A DNA stretch of 60,000 nucleotides. Source: Felis catus. Taxonomy: Eukaryota. Each line of letters begins with the position of its first letter. The first letter of the stretch is position 1. The stretch covers positions 227,294,001 to 227,354,000 of the forward strand of contig NC_058368.1 in the NCBI RefSeq assembly GCF_018350175.1, written 5' to 3'. The notes beneath the pieces are model-generated. The model was given only the letters and a program-made list of their open reading frames with translations. It searched no databases and had not been told where the DNA came from. The translations under genes and the position numbers were made by a program. Shown in pieces: positions 52,356 to 60,000 of the stretch.

Positions 52356-55300
52356 ATGAATTTTTACTTCCCATAATTGCAGTAATAGTGAAAGTACTTC
52401 TCTGAAACCCCTTCTCGAATGGGGATACCCACCATAGATGGGCATCAGGAAACGAAGAGGGCCAGAGCCTGAAACCCCCTCCCGCCCACATCTAAGGCAT
52501 CCTTGTTCTTACCAGTCTTTATGTGAAAAGCATTACTCTCTTTAAAATGGAACGTCTTAACTCAGAAGAAGGATGGCTCTCATGCTTTAAACCTCCCGTG
52601 AGAGATTATAGACAGAAAGGGTTTTACTACGTACCTGTCACCGACAGGGTTGGAAGAATCCCACCGCCCTGCCCGAGACTGTGTCTTCTCTTCTGCGCAG
52701 TTTTAGCGTGTGTCTTTGGGTTAAAATCCCAGATCTCAGTACTACTACTACTATGCTTCCCTGTTACTGCCTCTTACTGTTAATTATCCCAAACCGCACA
52801 CACCCACACCTTATACGATGGTAGCAAAATTCCAAAAGGTTTATTACCCTTGTGATAAGCGGTTTGGATATAATTATAAATGTGGTCTACTGGGCTTTTA
52901 GGTTAATATCATGGAGAAAACTATGCCCTCTCCCAAACTATCCTTTTCAATACTCTTAAAGGCAACATTTGAGTTGGGGGCAAGGTTCGCTTTGCTTATG
53001 TCTTTAATCCTGCCCACAATGAGCTCCAGGCTTCTTCCTGGACCACACGAGCCAATAAATACTGTGCTAATTTCCCAGCTCAACGCATAGGTCTTTGCAC
53101 AAAAAGAAAAAGAAAAACCAGGAACGGGGAGTCCTCATTCTGTCTCGGCTGCTTATTAGCTTTGAGTCGGCCAAGTTACTGGGTGCCTGTGGGTTGGCCG
53201 TCTCTGCTCTAGAACGAGATCTTGTCCAGTTCTAGCCTAGCGCGACATCAGGACCTGCAGAGTCTGATCAAAGGCAGTGCAGGCAGACGGAGGTGCCCGT
53301 GGGCCGGGCTTCCAAGTGGCATGGAACTGACTCAGCCAGGGAATCTACAAACACTCCTGCCGGCCTGCTTTCAGCAGAGACAGACTCCCACAGCGTTCAT
53401 GAACAGAACGACAGCCAATCTGGTCTTTGGTTCAGATGCTCCGGATACCTTTGCAAAGACCAAAACAGAACGAGCACAACTGGTGTCCGGCTTTACATTA
53501 TACTACCCACCCAACCTTCAATCTGATTCGTGTAAAAAGCTCTCTCGCCGTAAAGGCAGGTGGCCCAGGAAAGCCGGCTGAGGTCAGCTGGTCTCCCCCA
53601 GCCCCAGACACTGTTAGGACACATGCTCACAGGCCCATTCGTCGAAAAGTCAGAAGTGGTTCCTCCACCGTGCCGGGCCACGCCACATCCTAGCTCAGCG
53701 GCTCCGCCTTTCCCCAGACTCTGGCCTGCCCCCGCCCCCCGCCCCCACCCCACAACTACGTTGATCGGTGCTATTGAATTCTGCCCTCTTAGGAAAAGAC
53801 CAAAAATGGCCCCCACGCCCCAGCCTGCTCCCACCGAAGTTGAGAATCCAGTTCTACGTGCTCTCGGGTGACCTAATCTGGGCCTGTTTCCAGTTCCAAA
53901 TACACACTAGTGATGCCCAGAGCGCTTTTTCCAGCCCAGACTTGCTCCTGCGCTTCAGACCAGTCACCTCCCAACCTCTTTCAGAGGGGTCCCAGAGGGG
54001 CCTTGGCCTTAGGCCCCTCCCTGCACACTTTCTCCCCACCCTCCCCATGCGTTCTCCTGACTTCCATCTAGGTGAGTCACACTGTCACCCACCCAGAAGC
54101 CTCCTCCATGCCCCACCCCTCCTTCAATCAAGCCACTGACCCTGGAAGCTCTTTCTCCTACTACCTGTCACATCTGTCCCTCCTCTGCATCCTTAGTCCC
54201 TCTGGCTTAGCTCACACGCTCCTGGTCACCTCAGGTAGCCTTCAGGCTCATGGGTCCTCCTGGACTGTGGGGTGAATGACACCTCCTGGAGTTTTGCAGT
54301 GCACAACCTGCTCAACCATTCCTAGCAGGCTGACCACCTCCCCCTTGCCTTTCCAGGCTAGCCCTTCCTCTCACGCTAGGCACTGGGTTGCTATAAGGAG
54401 GACCTCACACTTACCTGGGTGGGCACCAGGCCGAGCCTGGGCTACGTGTAGTAAACCGGGCCCAGCCAGAAAGGAGGACGTTAGCATCCAATGGCAGCAT
54501 CACAAGATGGGAACTCGTGCAGGTGGCCGGCCTCCCGGCTCCAGGTGTCTTCATGCCTGGCCTCATTCCAAAACCTGTTCCTTCTTTCATCCTCGCCCAC
54601 CGCAAGGGCATAAAAGAGCCCAGATACTTAAACAGGTAATTTGTAGAGATGGTTTCCTTGCAGAATTGTACTGAGCCCTTCTCCTCTTCAGCGCTGTGTG
54701 TGCATCACGTGTGAGTGTTGGGTGGGCGGCGGGAGATCCCTCGACACCTTAAGCCTAGTGATAAGGCTCTTCGGAGACACGGAGAGCGCCTGAAATGGGC
54801 CCCTAGTGGCGGGGGTTCGGAGCTCTGGTGTCAGATCTGCCAGAAGAGAGAGCCAGAGGGGAGGGGGCACCGGGGCTGGCTGGCACATGCCAACTTTGAC
54901 AGGGCAGAAGTTGCAAAGCCTCTCCCCTGAGCCAGACCTGAGCTACACAGGCCACAAGCCCACCTGGGGTCCTCCTGAGGTCCTGAGCTGGTGAACAGGG
55001 CTCAGAAGTAGGAAGCTGGGGGGGTGGGGAGGGGAATCACTGGATTCCTAGGGGCTGCAAAGGTGGAGGGGTGGGAGGGGGGGAAGATTGGTCACAGCAT
55101 GCGCATGCGGAAGTGCTCACCAGAGGCCTTGAGCTGGAGGGAGGAGGGGCAGAGGGGTCGCCACAGATCCCTGCGAGTGTCCCCCACCAGGATGAGAGGA
55201 GAGCTAAGCCCCGGCCAGGCCCAGGAGGGAGGCCGGTTTAGGACAGCGACCATCAAGAGTAGGAGGTCTGCTCCCCCGCCCTCACGCTGGCCTCCTTCCC

Positions 55301-56329
55301 CCTGCTCCAGCTCTGGGAGCAGCGGCGGGGGTTGGGGGGGGGGCACTCGGTGCCGTTAGTGGTCACTCGAAGCTTTGACTCTTCTACGACACACGGCAGT
55401 CCAATTCCTGAACGGGGACCACGTTTGGCAACGTAAAATGACTGCACGGTTTCTCTACTCCCCAGGGGTGCCCAGGAAAGCGGTGGATGCCCGCCGGTGA
55501 GTTTCCATCCAGGGGCAGGGGAAGTTCTCCCACTGATCACCTCTTGAACAGGGGCCGACAAAATCGCTTGGTGAGTCCGTGCCCGGAGCCATGCCATTCA
55601 GCTCACCTGTCACCGGTGCACGTGAGCTGTGCCCAAGTCGGGGACAGTTGGAGGGCTGGGGAGGGCCAGGGAGGGGACAGTTGGGAAGGACAGGGAGGGG
55701 AAGACCGGCCCGACTCATCCTTGCATCTGGAGTCTGGAACTGTGCCTGCGGGCGCTCTTGGCTGAATGAGCGATTCACGCCTTCCTCCCCACCTTCCTCC
55801 CTGGAACAGCTAACCCCAGGACACCTGTGCAGTGTCCTGGGGTCCTTCCGGAGGCCTTCTCACCTCCGACCCCTTCTTGTTGATGAATCAAGCCCGCCAC
55901 GAACTCAGATAACCTGAGCCAGCTGTCACTGGCAATCAAAAGCGCTCAACACGGACGTGCGCTCACCCCTCTGTCAGGCTTCCCTTCTCGATGTCCCCTC
56001 CCCTACGTCTCTTTGGGAAACACAGAAACAGAAACGAAAACCAAAAGTATCCTCGCCTATGACAGTCTAGTGAGAAAGTACGACGGATGGGCAAAGGACA
56101 CGAGCTCCCAGAGAATGACCCGTGAACGGCTTCTACAGATGAAAGCAGGTTCAGCCTCACTCAAGTACAGGAACGCAAACTGAAGGTCCGACTGTCAACT
56201 CCGCAAAGATGAAGAACTTTGATAGAGCTCCGCGTTGGCAGGGGCCGGAGGAAGTTGGCACCCTTCCTCTCCAGGAGAAACGTCAATTAATGGCACCTCT
56301 TCAGCAGACGATTTGGCAAGATGTTTCGA

Positions 56330-56760
56330 GCACACACTCAACAAGGGAAAGAGATTAACGTCACGGGTGACCGTGGCGAGGCAATGCAGGAAAGAAATCC
56401 TAATGACCAACAGATATCTAGGAAAAATGTCCACCATTACCAGAATCAAAAGCCAACTAAAACTAGATGTCTCTCTTTACATTTTTTTTTTCCTTGCTGC
56501 ATTGTCAAAGTTCAAAATCAGATCACACCTCGTCTCACTCGGGGAACAACGAAGCAGTCTTACCTCCCGGTGAGACTAAAAATTCTTTCAACTTTTTTGG
56601 AGGGCAGTTTGGAAACACATCTCAAGAGCCTTAAACATGTTGAATCTAGAAATGCCTAAAAAGATTTGTGAATGAGAACACTTATTACAGCACTACTTGT
56701 AATGATGAAAGCTGGAAACATTCAGTGGCGTTAACTGTATAATGTTTTTAAGAGGTATTT
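56330..56760 (+). mobile_element. Old L1M relic (ORF2 end / 3' region)
   Basis: caacttttttggagggcagtttggaaacacatctcaagagccttaaacatg and ttattacagcactacttgtaat motifs. Confidence 0.55.
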
Positions 56761-56781
56761 TTAAAATCTTAACAGTATATC

Positions 56782-57016
56782 GGGGCGCCTGGGTGGCGCA
56801 GTCGGTTAAGCGTCCGACTTCAGCCAGGTCACGATCTCGCGGTCCGTGAGTTCGAGCCCCGCGTCGGGCTCTGGGCTGATGGCTCAGAGCCTGGAGCCTG
56901 TTTCCGATTCTGTGTCTCCCTCTCTCTCTGCCCCTCCCCCGTTCATGCTCTGTCTCTCTCTGTCCCAAAAATAAATAAACGTTGAAAAAAAAAAAAATTA
57001 AAAAAAAATAAATAAA
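56782..57016 (+). mobile_element. Very young felid Can-SINE (SINEC_Fc-type)
   Basis: Consensus-like with intact CpGs; perfect 20-bp TSD taaaatcttaacagtatatc at 56762-56781 and 57017-57036. Confidence 0.96.
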
Positions 57017-58576
57017 TAAAATCTTAACAGTATATCATGTTCCTCACGAACCTAGCAAAATCAGGGTGTGATCCTCACGTACGTAAACCAACAACTGCGG
57101 TTCTGTTAGCTTTTCATTCTCAGTGTTCTCTCCGAGGTTTCTGAGGAGTGCCATCTCCCAAATGACCAGCATGGCATTTCATCTGCCCTAAGCTACGTCC
57201 CGGTTCTTGATTGGGGGGATGGCACCAGGGGAGTATTTGGAAGGCACTGTCCTAAGCGGTAATAAATCATCTAAACTGGTAACAGTGTATGTAAAGTTCC
57301 AGCACCACTGTCACCTATCTTCTCGACCACCCTGCGACACCAGAGGGCTGGGCTGCCAGATGGGAGGGAAGGACAGAAAAATCCTCACTCACTCTGGGGA
57401 GCTGAGACAGTGGTGTCGCTCAGGGCTTTCCACTCCAAAGGCCAAATCTGTTCTGCCTCTTCCGGGCTGGAGGTCTATCATCAACCCTCCAGACCCGGGA
57501 GTTCAGAAGGTCATTACTAGGCCACCTACCGTGAGCCCAGACGAGAGGCAGGAGTAGGGGGAAGGGGGAGGGGAGACAAACAATTACACGACCCTCCAGA
57601 AAGAATGCCCAGAAGGTCTTGAGCAAGATAAGAGATGAAGTGAAAGCATACCGTATAAATGCATGCTCATTTTGAACACACATAGCACAGTTGGTATTTT
57701 TACCATTTGATGGGGAGTAAAGATATTCCTAAGGGCTTCCCTAGGACCCACAGCCTAGATCCCCGTTCTCTACACCTGCAGGCCGGGGGGAGGTCATGGA
57801 GAAATGCCAGACACACGGCCCTTAGAACTGAGATCACCGTAATTCAGGTAAGCGGAGGGCAAAGTGTATCTGTACCGGATGTTTTGTTGATTAGCCAACT
57901 GAACGGGGTGGCGGAGGAGAAAACGGTTCATTGTTGCGGTTTATCCCAGGAAGGTCCTCCTGCGGCCCATCTCCAGCCTGGCACTGCTTTCTGATGGATG
58001 CCCGCCCCCTAACCAAGCGTTCTTCAGAAGCCCAGCATCAGTTTGCAAACAGACCCCCAGACTCGGTTCTTCGACCACCAGGAAGGGAGGTCTCTGTGGC
58101 CTCAAACTTCCTTCTCTGGCGCCAGGAGTACCTGTGAAAGCCCGGCCTTCCCCATCTTCAGATTACTCATTTCCTTCAGGCCAGTCGAACTCCTACGGTG
58201 CGCACACAAGTTCCTGCTGTGATCCTCGTGGGTGAGGTACCATCGGCCTGAATGGCTCGTGAATGCCTAGCATGTCACACGCACCACGGACCTCTCTCGG
58301 CAAACACAGGGCAAGGCCGGATCTGCACTGTGACTGCGGCCCTAGTGGGTGCACCTCACTTCACCACCTGGAGTGGCAGGACTGGTACTGAACCTAGACC
58401 CAAGTCCGGAACGACGCACCTCGTTATTCTGCAGCATTTACGTGGCACTGTGAAGTCCTTGGGCATCACAGGCTTGGGGGGGGAGGGGGGGGGTGGGTTC
58501 TAGAAACTTCCAGTATTGGACCCAAATCTCCCAGGTCCTCAAAGGCAACACAGCAGCACAGCCAGGCTTCTGATCT

Positions 58577-58609
58577 TTTATTTTCTACGTTTATTTCTGA
58601 TTATTTATT
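58577..58609 (-). terminator. Minus-strand poly(A) signal cluster (3x AATAAA), probable 3' end of a convergent gene (likely OTULIN)
   Basis: TTTATT at 58577, 58590 and 58604; minus-strand GU-rich element (tgtgctgctgtgttgccttt) at 58541-58560; minus-strand TGTA at 58612-58615. Gene identity rests on recalled synteny only. Confidence 0.5.
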
Positions 58610-60000
58610 CGTACAATCCTCAGTGGTCAGGTTTGCTAAAGGGATCAACAGTGAAGCCCTGAGTCAGCTCCGCCTCCAACAGTGAAGACCTGACTCAACA
58701 AGTCACAGAAGGAGCTCCTGCCCACCCCGCCCCCGCCCCCGCCCCGCCCCCAGCACCCAGGCCTCCAGCCACAGCGGCAGGGGCGGAGCACAGCCCCAAA
58801 CTGACCCAAGGCTCTGGAGCATCCTTCTTGGGGCAGACGTTTTTGACAAAGGCTAACATTTTTACAGTGTAAACAGAGGAAGACTTTGCTAAACAAGCCC
58901 AGAGGAGTAGGGCCTGAGCTCCCGGCCACGCCCCCTTCCCAGCCCAGCCCACAGGGAAGGACACACACTGCCAGAGGCGGAAGTTGGCTGATAGCCTCTC
59001 CAAATTCACAATACTGAAAGTCAGAAGCTGCTACAGTGCAGGTAACACCACCAAAATATTTTCATAAAACAACGGAAATGAGGAGGGAGCTCATTAGATA
59101 CATTCATTTTGGCGTTGTTCCCTCATCGAAATACTCAGAAGTAATCAACATTCCTGTGGACTGCTGTGGTTCCTGTAAAGGGGACCAGATTTTAGCACCG
59201 TTTATGGGCATACAGATCAAGGCATTTCTTATTATAGAAAAGCTCCTAGAATTTAAGTACAAAATATTATTTTGAAGTTCATAATTACTCTCAACCACTC
59301 CTGGTTACTAGAAGAATGACCGCTAAGACCGTAGATATTTCGAGCCCTGTAACCTTTCCTTGTATTAACCACATTCTGGCGATCTCATTCCTGATCCAGA
59401 CTTAGAGCCAAGAAATAAACATGACAGACGAAATTCTAGCCCTGGCTAGTAATGATCATTAAAAATATTTAAATACGCAGATGGCCATAAGGCCTGGGAA
59501 CAGTGACATTCCATAATAAATGGTTTGCTGATATGATATTTCAACGCAATTAACATATCTGTATTTCCAGACTTAAAGGCCGTTCTGCATAGTTTAATTA
59601 TATGTACTAACCCATTCCGCCATTCCTAGTAATAAATTTCAATATTCTATGAAAAAAATACAAGTGGCACGGCTCACCTTCCCCCTCTCAAATGCTGCTG
59701 GGTCTCCTGCTGTGGCGAGGCACACTCACCCCTCCCCGCCCGGGGGTGGGGGTGGGGGCTCTAGAGGAGCCCACCTCGCCCCCACTGCTAGCGGCCACCA
59801 GCGCTGGCAGACAGCCAAACAGGGTTAGTTTTGCGCTCTTCCAGGCCCTAAGTTATAAACTGAATGACAAAGGCTTTAATCTTCCATTGCCCCTGTCTTT
59901 ATTCTCTGCACAACTCAGTATTGGGTCCCTGGTCTCTCCACCTCCTCAGGAGAGATCATCAAGGTTTTCCAGAAGAGTGAAGCATTAAATATTACACGAG

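Overview
Mammalian genomic DNA from a felid: it carries many Can-SINEs of the cat SINEC_Fc type and a felid-type L1 3' end. The window holds the 3' two-thirds of the ANKH gene (progressive ankylosis homolog, ATP/citrate/PPi-export membrane protein) on the + strand. Nine coding exons, equivalent to human exons 4-12, have canonical AG/GT borders and join into one intact frame of 1047 nt (348 aa plus TAA at 46059-46061). These are followed by a 3'UTR with a strong proximal poly(A) signal at 47394 and a probable distal end near 52.35 kb. A minus-strand poly(A) signal cluster at 58577-58609 probably marks the 3' end of the convergent neighbour (OTULIN by recalled human synteny). The rest is intronic or intergenic: more than 30 Can-SINEs, old L1/L2/MIR/MaLR relics and microsatellites. 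Almost all ORFs in the supplied track are spurious (SINE-, microsatellite- or GC-driven). I found no convincing new biological system. The findings are modest, testable observations on retrotransposon insertion architecture, dsRNA/circRNA potential, splicing and poly(A) signals. Repeat family names come from pattern recognition and their boundaries are approximate.
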